Positions 38,513 to 50,480 of a DNA stretch of 64,000 nucleotides are shown piece by piece; within the stretch, counting starts at the first letter, position 1, and every line of letters begins with the position of its first letter. Under the pieces are notes generated by a model, which saw only the letters and a program-made list of their open reading frames with translations, did not search any database and was not told the DNA's origin. The DNA is taken from the NCBI RefSeq assembly GCF_006345805.1, contig NC_043005.1, positions 38,564,001 to 38,628,000 of the forward strand. The letters run 5' to 3'. The position numbers were made by a program, and so were the translations under genes. Source of the DNA: Octopus sinensis. Lineage: Eukaryota.

Positions 38513-38815
38513 GCAAATTCAGGAGAATATATTTCGAGGGTGAAGGCGTGTTTGTTATTAAAATTATTGAATAAAATTTGGATGCAATTAAATTATAGTG
38601 AAAACATTAAGTGTGTATATTAGTGTAAATGCTTTAATCATACACACATACACACACACAAACGTACACATACATTATATAGTACATCATATATACAGTG
38701 TCTGTATGTACATCTAGATATCCATGTATATACATATATGTGTGTGTTTGTGTGTGTCTGCGTGTGTCTGTATTTATATCTATATGCATATACATACATA
38801 TATATATGTATATAT

Positions 38816-38916
<101 letters not shown>

Positions 38917-39079
38917 TGTTTACGTATGTGTATGCATGTGTGTGTGTATAAATATGTAATTTCTTGTTTGAGAAGCATGCAGGGGAAAATGTGTGTATAA
39001 AACTGCAATAGGGAAAGTGTGGGAAGTAAAATCTTGTATATTTAAGTAATCGAATTTAATATACAGCATTAAATAAGGT

Positions 39080-39400
39080 ACACACGAGCAAAACTCAATT
39101 TTATCAGCTTAGACACATATTTAATAACCCTGAAAGGAAATTTGCAATTGCTTTGAGGAGACATAGTGGGCTTTTGAAAAACTCTAGCCCACAAACGTTT
39201 AATATTGCTCGGTTTGTTTTAAATCTAACAGCTCCGTACTTGGTCGAATCTTCGCTGTCATTTGTTTCTATGTGAAACGCTGATAATGTTTCCCTAAGAT
39301 TCTTATGGTTTGAAATAAAGATTTCGAACATTTATCTGTTTCTAAACATGCTTTTAAGCACCTTTTAGGCACATTATAGCGTTCCTTAATCGATAATTCT
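39080..39400 (+). mobile_element. PLE GIY-YIG C-terminal remnant
   Basis: TQFYQLRHIFNNPERK..APY..RCHLFLCETLI resembles the KxRFYxHxxSF..PY..CxLCLxE pattern of PLE endonucleases; heavily decayed. Confidence 0.5.
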
Positions 39401-39660
39401 GAAATCAATTTCACTTCGGTGTATGTATGCATGTATGTATGTATGTATGTATGTATGTATGTATGTATGTATGTATGTATGTGTTTGTGTATGTATATAT
39501 GTATGTGTATGTATGCATGTGTGTACGTAGTTCTACAAAGCGAGCTCTTTGATACTGAAGGCGAAAAGAAATAATAAAAATGGATCTTCAACATGCACAC
39601 AAGCATAGAGAAACAATATAGGTGTACGTATGTAGAAATATATACACATTTCTCTATATG

Positions 39661-39718
<58 letters not shown>

Positions 39719-40324
39719 TCTTTGTATGTATGTATGTATGTATCCATCCATTCATCTATCTATCTGTCTTATAAATATATTTTCACACACACACATATAT
39801 ACTGACATATATGTATACATGTATGTCTTTATATATTACCGTACACACACATAAAAAAATATACTTATACTTATGCATACACACTTACACACACATATAA
39901 TATACATACATAAGCACAACTTTTAAATGAATTTGCATCTTCTGTGTACAGTTTAATTAAATGCATATTACATGCGATATATCTAATTCAACGATTTTAA
40001 TATACATAGGTTCTTCACTCGCGCGCACACACACACGTAATTATCTACTATAATTTCTCACTGGATGCTTCTCCTGTAACAACCCATACATATTTTTATA
40101 ATTATAATTAACACGTTTACACAGATAAGCAGTTTTAACAAATTTTCTTTACAATTCATTCGGATGCATATTTTACTCGCTAATTTTAATAGCATGCATG
40201 TTGTTTTCTCATACGAGCGCAGGTTCTACATGCAGTTACATATTATCACTATAATGATAAAGACATTATTATTATTATTGTTGTTGTTGTTGATTTTTTT
40301 CTTCTTTTTTTTTTTTTTTGCCAA

Positions 40325-40540
40325 GACGGAGAGCTGGCAAAATCGTTAGCACGCCGGGAAAAATGTTTAGCGGCATTTCGTCCGTCCTTAGGTTCAGAGT
40401 TTAAAATTCCGCCGAGGTCGACTTTAATTTTTATCCTTTCGGGGTCGATAAATTAAGTACCAGTTTTGTACTGAGGTCAATCTATTCAACTGGTCTCCTT
40501 CCTCCAAATTTCAGGCCTTGCGCCTGTAGTAGAAAGGATT
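40325..40540 (+). mobile_element. tRNA-derived SINE (reference copy of the GGGGTCGATAAATTAAGTACCAG family)
   Basis: Head GAGCTGGCAAAATCGTTAGCACGCCGGG, core GAGGTCGACTTT..CCTTTCGGGGTCGATAAATTAAGTACCAG and a (TAG)n tail. Confidence 0.8.
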
Positions 40541-41002
40541 AGTAGTAGTAGTAGTAGTAGTGTAGTAGTAGTAGTAGTATTAGTAGTAGTAGTAGTAGTA
40601 GTAGCAGCAGCAACAGCAACAGACGGAGTAGTAGTAGTAGTTGGAGGAGGAGGAGGAGGAGGAGGATTGTTTCACTACACTGTATCACCCAACGTTCAGC
40701 CTTGTCACTCTCTGTGTCACGCTGATTATCCCCGAGAACTACGTTAAGGGTACACGTGTCTGTGGAATGCTCAGCCATTTGCACGTTAATTTCACGAGCA
40801 AGCTGTTCCGTTGATCGTATCAGCTGGGACCCTCGTCGTCGTAACCGGCGGAGTCTTTTAAATCACCCAACGTTATTTTCCACCCTGTTTTCATCTGTTT
40901 TATCGAATTCATTGGAGGAGGCAGCATTCGGCACCACACCAAGTCCACTGCGCCAGCTATTTTCTATCATGTTGATCACATGTAGCTTGGGTGAACCTCT
41001 CA

Positions 41003-41031
41003 AGATAGATAAATAGATAGATGGATAGATG

Positions 41032-41094
<63 letters not shown>

Positions 41095-41103
41095 GGATAG
41101 ATG

Positions 41104-41134
<31 letters not shown>

Positions 41135-41171
41135 GGATAGATAGATAGATGGATAGATGGATGCATAGATG

Positions 41172-41227
<56 letters not shown>

Positions 41228-41343
41228 GATAGATAGATAGATGAATAGATGGATACATGGATAGATAGATATATAGATAGATAGATAGATAGATAGATAG
41301 AAGATAGATAGATCGATAGATAGATAGATGGATAGATGGATAG

Positions 41344-41374
<31 letters not shown>

Positions 41375-41390
41375 GATAGATGGATAGATG

Positions 41391-41433
<43 letters not shown>

Positions 41434-41450
41434 GGATAAATGGATAGATA
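41003..41450. repeat. (TAGA)n/(TGGA)n microsatellite
   Basis: Directly visible. Confidence 0.95.
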
Positions 41451-41453
41451 TGT

Positions 41454-41612
41454 TTCTTTATTAGCCACACAGGGCTGCACACAGATAGAACAAATTACAA
41501 GGTAGAGCTTTTCTTTTGAAGGTATTAAAAAAAAAAAAAAAAAAAAAAGGAAGGGGGAGGTTCGATCAAAAGGGATCGTAAAAGGAGAGAAAGAGGACAA
41601 AAATAAGGGGGA

Positions 41613-41646
<34 letters not shown>

Positions 41647-42567
41647 AGAGGAAAAAAAATGATCAATAGGGATCGTTATCACAGAAATGTCAATATGAAC
41701 TGTAAAGGGGAGGACAGGTGAGGTTTACCCGTGGAAAGAAAAGCTGCGGAAAAGACCACGGTAACCTCGGTCAATGAAGTCACATTTTTTATTTCTTTTT
41801 TTTTTTTTTTTTTTTTTTTTGCAAATAAGCAACTCTCTGTTTTCGATTTCTGGGTTCATAGGACTATGCTCAAGGTGGCTTCGTCATTCATACGTGCCAT
41901 TCTTGCTACATTCACCCATCTTTTTTTAAAACATTCGCTAGACAAAACTTGCCTCTCTACTCTCACTTTCCTTTTCAAGTGGTACTTGAAGAAGTTGATG
42001 AGAGATTGACCAGAGAGGAAAGTGTTTGTCTCCAATCCTTTCAGACGCGTCCACCAGATACATTCTTTCGCCATAGCCACAAGGATGATGAAAATAGCTC
42101 TTCCTTCCCTTTTGAAGGAAGGAGGCGTGACAATATTGACGATAGACTCAGCTGATAAACCGACTCCTCCACACGTGACAGCAGTTGTTCGACATAAGCC
42201 CACAGGTCGAAATTGCTGTGACACTGAACGAGTGCGTGCAGAACGTTTCGTCGCTCTGACCGCATCTCGGCAGGTCGGCCCCGTGTTTCTCGAGCCGTGT
42301 CTGTAGAGCTTATCCCGAACGGGTAGCGCTTCTCGGTAGCACTGCCAGCCAGGGATCTCTGGAAGTTGTCCATGGGCCCTGCCCGAAAGTCGTCCCGAAC
42401 AGGCGGGTCAGGTACTCCTCGTCGACGTCCAGGTTCGCCCCGAGCTCGTCGTCGTACCTCCCCTCCACTAAACCCCTATAGAATGCTTTGGTTGTGTTGA
42501 AGTCACTTAAGGTCGACCCAGGACGGCAGAGTTGCTTGAGAGCAACGCGACACTCGCGGTGCCATTC
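41454..42567 (-). mobile_element. Tx1-clade LINE 3' fragment inserted in (TAGA)n
   Basis: Across frames: zf-RVT-like LPVRDKLYRHG..T(C)..CGQSDET / VLHALVQC, and C-terminus AKECIWWTRL..FKKRWVNVARM. The 3' UTR ends AATAAAGAAA. (TAGA)n lies on both sides (41003-41450 and 42568-42660). Confidence 0.85.
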
Positions 42568-42640
<73 letters not shown>

Positions 42641-43109
42641 CATAGATAGATAGATAGATATTAGATTTAGGTTTTGATGATTTCCAAAGCCCGTTGTCTA
42701 CCTTATTCACACTCTGTTGCTTTTATCTATTTACTTCTAAAATGCTCACAGAAGTTAACTTACCTTTAAATACCTAGTATATCATATTTCATCTCATTTT
42801 TCCATATTGTAATCCTCTCACTCCGTGTATATAATCATGTATATAATCTTGTATAAAATTTTAGCATTGGTGCTAAAATTTCGGTTCTAGTTTGATCTCC
42901 AAGCGAATAGGTTGCCTTAAAAGGATTATGTTAACGTAAATTTCTTGACAAACCTGATATCACAATCAATTCAATATGGACGGATTGGTATATCATACCA
43001 TTGAATAACATAATTGAAATGCGTATAAGTTATTTGCTATGGTGTAATCCGGTATTAAATATGTATCATTCTTCATTGTAGTTAATGAATATTTTATGTT
43101 TTTTTGTAA

Positions 43110-43490
43110 TCTCTCTCTATATAAACGGCAGTTTGTCTGTGCGTTTTCTGTGTGTCTGTTTTCTCGTACCCTCACTCTGACCACGGCTTTCAACCGATTC
43201 TGATGAAACTTGACACACACATAGCCCAATGTCATAATTCAAAACTAACGCAGCGAAAATTTTGAAAAGTTCCCCCAGTTCTGAAAAAAATCGATAAATT
43301 CGACATGGGGTCGAGAATCAGAAACCCAAACCACAGACCGTCTAGGGGACGCAACTCCACCTTTTTAACTCTCAAAAAATTTACCATAATTTTTTTTCCA
43401 TTTTTTTGCTATTTTTTGGCTATAACTCTCTAAAAATGCTTTATAGTTATTTCCCTTACAAACCTGAGCAACGCCGGGCGATACTGCTAG
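43110..43490 (+). mobile_element. Complete non-autonomous Helitron (381 bp)
   Basis: A|TC start at 43110. Subterminal hairpin-like CCTGAGCAACGCCGGG, then CTAG|T at 43490. No TSD. The first ~245 bp match the reverse complement of 1988-2232. Confidence 0.9.
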
Positions 43491-43664
43491 TTTACCATAA
43501 GCAAATTTTGCTTATATTAATCAAACAAGGAATACAAACGCAAATGTAAATTCCATTTGGATTTCGTGGATTCCTATTGACTGATATAGTTAGTCAAGTG
43601 TGGATAGTTATAGTTTGCTTACAAGATAACTGCTGGTATTTGTAAATCCGTTACAATGTATTGT

Positions 43665-43714
<50 letters not shown>

Positions 43715-43716
43715 AT

Positions 43717-43958
43717 ACGAGATAGTATCAAATCGTTCCCGGACTAGTTACGTAGTGAGCCAACAGAGAGCAGCATATGGTTGCCGACGCAGTGAGAGCT
43801 AGCGATGACATCAATGAGGCTGTGTGCCGAGTGACATCGCTGTGCTTACTTCACAGTTTGTGAAATTTATGTTTTTGTGAAATTTATGTTTTATGCTCAG
43901 CAACGTAAAATTTTGCATTAAACTCGGGAAGCCTGCTACAGAGACATCGAACATGCTT

Positions 43959-43962
<4 letters not shown>
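43717..43962 (+). mobile_element. Mariner 5' fragment
   Basis: TACGAG..TIR-like start. NVKFCIKLGKPATETSNMLR matches the mariner transposase N-terminus. Confidence 0.65.
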
Positions 43963-44006
<44 letters not shown>

Positions 44007-44060
44007 TATATTATATATATATATATATATAATATATATATATTACATACATATACATAA

Positions 44061-44914
44061 ACGTGGCCTGATCAATAAGTAACCGGACTTTTGCCATCGT
44101 GACCAACGCAAAACTCACAGAGTAAAGCTGCTTGGAAGAGATTGAACCTGAACTTTGCTGCGCAGGCGCACTATGTTTTAACGTTCTAGCTCACATCCGC
44201 CGTATACAGCAGTGCTTGGAATGAAGGAGTGCAGCGTGTGATCATCCCATTGACAGTGACAGAGAAAGTTGAGCAGAGAATCTAAATCAAATTTTGCCAA
44301 AGGCTTTGCGATACTTGTTTCAGATACTTACGCAAAGTTTTCAAAAAGTTTTCATCGTTCTCGACACAATGAAGATCATGTGCAACTGAAACCCGTATGT
44401 CTTTTTGGTCAGCTGAAAGCAGTTTTGGCACAAACTGGGCAGACACGCGTCTCATACCCAAATATTCCGTGATAATGGACTGAATAGAACCGTAACTAAT
44501 CTGCACCTCCACTGATAACTCACGGATGGTGATTCGACGATTTCCCCTCACAAATGCATGCAAATCTGCTGGATGTGCGTCTCCCAGAGCGTTCGTCAAT
44601 ATCGACATTTTTCTGCCATCTTCAAAGCGTCCGAATTACTCGTACACATGTGTGCGGCTTATCACTCCTGAACATATACTTTCTGCAACCTTGCGTAGGT
44701 TTCTGAGCAGGTATCGGCATGACAACTTTCTCTGTCATGGTCAATGCAACGATCGCACACTACACACGTTCCTCCCAAGCACTGCTTTAAACAGCGGAAA
44801 TGTTAAAACCTAGTACGCATACACAGCAGTGTTCAAGGTCAATCTTTGCCAAGCGGCTCCACACTGCTTCATTACCATGGCAACAGGCCGGATACTTATT
44901 GATCAGACCTCGTA
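44061..44914. mobile_element. Mariner-derived fold-back element made of two inverted 5' ends
   Basis: TIRs ACGTGGCCTGATCAATAAGTAACCGG and CCGGATACTTATTGATCAGACCTCGTA. The left arm reads TEKVEQRI*IKFCQ; the right arm (minus) reads VRGNRRITIRELSVEVQISYGSIQSIITEYLGMRRVSAQFVPKLLSADQK. Confidence 0.85.
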
Positions 44915-44949
44915 TATATATATATATATATATATATATCTATATATAT

Positions 44950-45565
44950 AATAGAAATATTTAAATTACTAAGTCTCTATAAAAGAGATTATGACAGCGT
45001 TTACTGGAAATTAATTGTTATCGCCATATCAATATGGCATTCTTATAGATATAAGAATAATCGCTGCCGCTGGTCAGCTCCATGAGGCCACCGCCTTAAG
45101 ATAGCTATTGATACACGATCTGTATCCATTATAACCTTCGAACAAGGGAGGTCAGCCGCTTCACACTGCCAGTCCGACAGCTACAGACGCGTTTCGGGGT
45201 ATTGCCCCTTGTCAATGTAGCGCAGGCAGACCCCGCAGGTGTCGCCACTGACGTCTCTGTTCGAAGGCTTATATTTACCTAGTTTCAGTGGAATACATCC
45301 ACTTGTTTTCAATAATAGAAATATTAAAATTACTAAGTCTCTATAAAAGAGATTACGACAGCGTTTACTGGAAATTAATTGTTATCGCCATATTAATATG
45401 GCATTCTTATAGATATAAGAATAATCGCTGCCGCTGTTCGAAGGTTATAATGGATACAGATCGTGTATCAATAGCTATCTTAAGGCGGTGGCCTCATGGA
45501 GCTGACCAGCGGCAGCGATTATTCTTATATCTATAAGAATGCCATATTAATATGGCGATAACAAT

Positions 45566-45568
<3 letters not shown>
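44950..45568 (-). mobile_element. Non-coding hammerhead-containing element (364-bp unit, partial tandem copy, inverted 5' piece) in (TA)n; PLE-mobilised/retrozyme-like
   Basis: 44950-45071 is repeated at 45314-45435 (period 364). 45436-45568 is the reverse complement of ~45011-45143. The copies are nearly identical. Confidence 0.8.
45180..45221 (-). ncRNA. Minimal type I hammerhead ribozyme with U3-A8 core variant
   Basis: Minus strand GCTACA-TTGACAA-GGGG(CAATA)CCCC-GAAA-CGCGTC-TGTAGC. Stem I is a perfect 6 bp, stem II is 4 bp, stem III is palindromic (ACGCGT) and the cleavage triplet is GUC. The core differs from CUGANGA only by the paired C3U/G8A changes. Confidence 0.85.
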
Positions 45569-45663
<95 letters not shown>

Positions 45664-45680
45664 ACATATATATATATATA

Positions 45681-45760
<80 letters not shown>

Positions 45761-45931
45761 CAGAGAGAAACAGACAGACAGAATTGATACATAAACCTCT
45801 GCAATATAAAGCCAAATTAAGAGTTCAATTTCTAGTATATCATTAAAATTCAAGAAAGAATTGGTTCATACGATAATTAATAACTACACAAATAATTGTG
45901 CGTCTCTATATAATAAATATTGTATCTGTGA

Positions 45932-46298
45932 CTAGCAGTATCACCCGACGTTGCTTTAGAATTGGAATTTTTGGAAAGTAAAAATTTTGCATTATGTGGC
46001 TTGTTATTCACTTTAAGTGAACATTTTTCTGGTTGAAATACACGAAAAATGGCGACAGTCAAAAAATCGTAAAAAAATAGAGATTTTCATAGAAAAAAGC
46101 ACCTTTTCGATGTAAATAATTTTTGGTGTTAAAATGGTCCGATTTGAATTTTTTTCTTCTACGGAAGGAAGAGCAAGTCTTTTTCTATCATACTCTCAAT
46201 TTTGGTCAACTTGCGCCGCAGGCTCTCGGAGGAGATTGTGTTAGTTGAAGGCTACCAAACCTGCCATACACAGACAACTTCAGCTTTATATATATAGA
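45932..46298 (-). mobile_element. Complete non-autonomous Helitron (367 bp)
   Basis: Minus strand A|TCTATATATATAAAGCTGAAG..AGCAACGTCGGGTGATACTGCTAG|T. The 3' end is nearly the same as in 43110-43490. Confidence 0.85.
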
Positions 46299-46299
46299 T

Positions 46300-46744
46300 A
46301 ATTGGTATGTGTTCACAAAGTCCAAACGATTAATACGAAAAAACCTTCCAGGCTTCATCCCGAAAATTCATTTCTTAGCCGAATTTCTACAATGTTTACG
46401 GCGATTCGTTTTTATATCTTGATTTTTTTAATTTTTCATGCAATTTACGCATGCTTGCACGCGTGGTGAACACAGTTCACGTCAAACAGCTGACTGAGTA
46501 AAGTTCATTATTCAATGCATGGGATAAGGCCTAAACAAACACATTATCGAATTTTGCACTTGCGAGATCAATTTCGGAACAGAAATAGCGCAGTTCAATT
46601 TTCATTCACCTAAACTTTAAGTGACCCATTTTTGGTGGTTCTACGATTTGTTGGCTAGGAGGAGATGTGCCGGGAAGTTAAACACACAGACGCACACACA
46701 GATACACACACACAGACACACAAGTTGAGTTTTATATATATAGA
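46300..46744 (-). mobile_element. Helitron-like 5' end without its own recognisable 3' end
   Basis: Minus strand A|TCTATATATATAAAACTCAACTTGTGTGTCTGTG at 46744, in the same style as the other Helitron 5' ends here. Confidence 0.55.
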
Positions 46745-47170
46745 TAGTCCCTGTCAATTTAAACATGTAAATATACAAATTTATGAATGTATGTATTTAC
46801 GATAGCGAAATATGTAGGTATCAGTTAATTATTTCTAAAGAATACATCAGCTGAATGAACAAATTTTACAAGAGAAATAAAAGCAGAACTATTAACACCA
46901 TAAACAAGCAGAAAGTCGTTAACTTAAGATTTATATCGACCAAACCTGCCACAACATTAGTAAAAATAAAGCAAAGCAAATAAAGTCATGCACGTTCAGT
47001 AGATAGTCTATAAATATAAACGAATACGCACGCGCGTACATGCATCCCCACAAACACATACATACACATATATATGATGGGTCAAAAGTGACGCACCAAA
47101 ACGCTCGATGCTTTTATTTACATTACATTATTTTTAATATTAATATTATCAATATTACTATTATCATTAT

Positions 47171-47710
47171 TGAGTGAGAGAGCAGTGCATGCCATCAAAG
47201 TGAAACTGGGGTAAAATACGAAGCCCAGTATACCCATCATGACTACCCGTCTGATAAAGGTACACTAGGTATGTGCATCGGAACAATATGTGCACGACAT
47301 GGTGATCTCATATTAAGGTAAACAGCATATGACCTTGCAGGTGGGGCTCAGTTAGAAATTTTCATTTGGTCGAATAAGCCGTCCCACTTAAAAGATCCCT
47401 GAATAAGAGTTGTTTAAGGATATTGAACAAAACAACCATATTTCCAGAGGTGAACCATCAAACCCCAAAGAATCCCTCTCAACACATGACTACTTCTGCT
47501 CGGGATTAGAGATGCACATATCGTCAGCCACTAACGGATATGCTCAACTGGTTAAGGTCAAACAACTGACAAGCAAATCTGTGGTATTGAGCAGAATATT
47601 TGCTGTAGCCCATCTTTTATACTAGACAAAACAATGTGCATGATAACACTTCCAATCAGTTAAGATCAGAAGCCACGAGAGCTACTAACTGGTACAACAT
47701 CAGAGCATTT
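47171..47710 (+). mobile_element. Unclassified ~540-bp non-coding interspersed element embedded in (ATT)n
   Basis: GC-richer block with sharp borders. Degenerate (ATT)n on the left and a long (ATT)n on the right. No coding motif recognised. Confidence 0.45.
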
Positions 47711-47714
47711 ATTA

Positions 47715-47805
<91 letters not shown>

Positions 47806-48012
47806 TTTATTATTATAATTATTATTAAACAAAATGTTGAGCTGGCAGGATCGTTAGCGCACCAGACGTAATACTTAGCGGCGATTTTGCGTTTCATACT
47901 GTCGGGGTTGGATAAATTGAGTACCAGTTGAACACTGAGGTCGATGTAATCGAGTAGCACCCTCTCCCCAAATTGCTACCCTTGTGGCAAAATTTGAAGC
48001 AATTAAAGAAAA

Positions 48013-49115
48013 AAGACAGGTGGTGTAGACAACACACAGATGTATTAGTTTAACGCTCGGGAAGTGAAAAAGTCTTTAACGTTTCGAGCCTACGCTCTTC
48101 ACAGAAAGTAAAACAGAAAGAAACCAGGAGGGAAAATAAAGACTGTGTAGTGGCTAGCGATCTATCATGGCGAATGCCGGACAGAGGTGTCACACAGGAG
48201 ATCTAGGAAGAAGGGGAGATAATAGGTGATCACAAAACCAAGGTGCGCGTGCGTGTGTATAAGAGAGCTTGTATATGCGTGTGGAGAAGAGCTGGTGACT
48301 TTGACGTGCACGTGTGTATATATGTAGGTGTATGGATGATGGTGTGGGGCTGGGAAGTGGTCAGTGCTAATATGTGCGTGATGGTGTGATGTGATGTGGT
48401 GTTGTGTGGTATGGTGGTGTATGATATGGTAGTTTGTGGTGTGGTGTGGTGGTGTGTGGTGTGGCGGTGCTGGGATGTGGAGAGGCGAGAGTGTGGAAAG
48501 CAAGGGTGATGTGTGGGTTAGGCTGCGGGTAGGGTAAATGTGAGGTGTGTGGGAGTAGGTGTAAGGGATGGGTTGGGGTGGGATGGGATGGGAAGTGGGG
48601 TTGGATTGTGTAGGGGTAGGGTTACGAGGGACGTGTGACAATGAAGGGAGAGGAAGAAGGGAAAATATGGGTAGGAGTGAAAAGAAGAGAGAAGGAGAGT
48701 CGGAGTGAAGAGAAGAAGTAGGAGTCGGAGAAAGAGAAAGAGACGAGAGGTGGGTGGGAGGAAGTAGGTATGAGAGGGAGAGAGGAGAGGGGAAGATAAA
48801 GAATGAAGGTGAGTTGAGCCCATATGTCGCAAAGGCGCGAAGAGAGAAGATTAATCCATGTTTATGGCGAAAACTGGAGTCTGGTTGGCACCTGTGCAAG
48901 GACAATCCGAAGAGAGACAGGTGTTGCAAAGAGTGACTGGTAGAGCGGAAATGGCGCGAGAACGGGGTGTGGTTTCCGGGTAGGATGTCTCAGAGGTGTT
49001 CCGCAAACCGGTCAGCCAAGCGGCGTCCCGTTTTCCCGATGTATAGAGAAGGGCAGAGAGAGCAGAAGATGCAGTAGATGACATTGGTAGAAGTGCAGGT
49101 GAAGGAGCCGGTGAT
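48013..49115 (-). mobile_element. Penelope-like element 3' fragment (GIY-YIG endonuclease, pyrimidine-rich 3' region, hammerhead-like hairpin)
   Basis: ITGSFTCTSTNVIYCIFCSLCPSLYIGKTGRRLADRFAEHL*DI..HF..LIFSLRAFATYGLN. The 3' part has GAGC(GTAG)GCTC-GAAACG, also seen at ~59050 and ~63505. Confidence 0.85.
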
Positions 49116-50206
49116 AATATATATATATATACGACAGGCTTCTTTCAGTTTCCGTCTCACGTAGCTTTGGTCGACCCGTGGCTACAGTAGAATACTTGCC
49201 CAAGGTGTCAATCAGTAGGACTGAAACTGGAACCATGTGGTTGGGAAGTAAGCTTCCTACCACACAACTACCTATAGACACACATTCACATAAACAAACG
49301 ATCACATATGCACATATAATATGTGTATATATATACATATACATATACACTTACGGGCGTACGCGATCGCATAAGAAATACGTTTATATATACGATCGTT
49401 TACACCCATTTATATACATTTTTCAACCACAAATACACACACGCACACATATATACATGTGTAGAAATATCCATACACACAAATGTATGTATGTATATAT
49501 ATATATATATATATATTCACATACATACAGTCATACAAATGTCCATGAGTATATGTATTATTTGATGCATTTGTTAGAAATTTAACAAACAATGTAGCTC
49601 TATCTCGGTTGCTGAATATATTCGCTATTTTAAAACTAAACATCATTCTTTATGATTGAGAATGGTTTATTCTAGAATCTGAAAATTTGCATTAAGATGA
49701 CAAAATACAAAAAGTCTGTCAGCTATCTACATATGAAACAGTAGAGATTATTAAAGTCGATCTAAATAATTTGTTAAATTCCAAACATGAGATTATTATA
49801 AACTGTCACATTTAAACTCCTTTCTCTTCTCTAAATACAATAAACACGAAGATAAAAATTTATATTTCCTTCTTTCATGCGATGACTTGTATTGATGATT
49901 ATAACTTTAATGCTAATATAATTACAATGTGTTTTGGGATTATATTATCGGTTTAAGCAAGCTATTGTATTTAGATTTAACTCTCTAGTTAAGATCCTTG
50001 CTATGTATTTTATAAGTCTATATTTTTTAATATGTGAATTAAATTATATTCATATATACTCATGCAATTTATGTATTGACGTAAGTATCTATGTGTATGC
50101 GTGTTTTCTGCGTATGAGTCCATGTATGTATGTATCTATCTATCTATCTATCTATCTATGTGTCTATCAGTCTGTCTATTTCTCTCTCTCTCTCTACATA
50201 TATATA

Positions 50207-50278
<72 letters not shown>

Positions 50279-50480
50279 GACATATGCCTGTATATGTGTG
50301 TATGTATGAGAATGTGTTCATATAGATGATGTGTGATTTTAAATGTAATAGTTTGTGAATGTGAATATGTATATATCTATAATTATTTGTTTGTGTATGT
50401 TACAGCAAGTGTTGGAGTATATGTGTTCGTCTGTGAGTGTCCAGGAATATGTTTGTTTCATCATGAATTGATTGTTAGGA

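Noticed and set aside
37989-38543. Poly-Ile/Leu/Asn ORFs; likewise 40863-41600 (SIYL repeats)
   Set aside because: (AAT)n and (TAGA)n microsatellite translations.
48165-48929. 254-aa His/Pro/Ser-rich ORF
   Set aside because: It is read-through from the PLE endonuclease end into low-complexity pyrimidine-rich 3' sequence.
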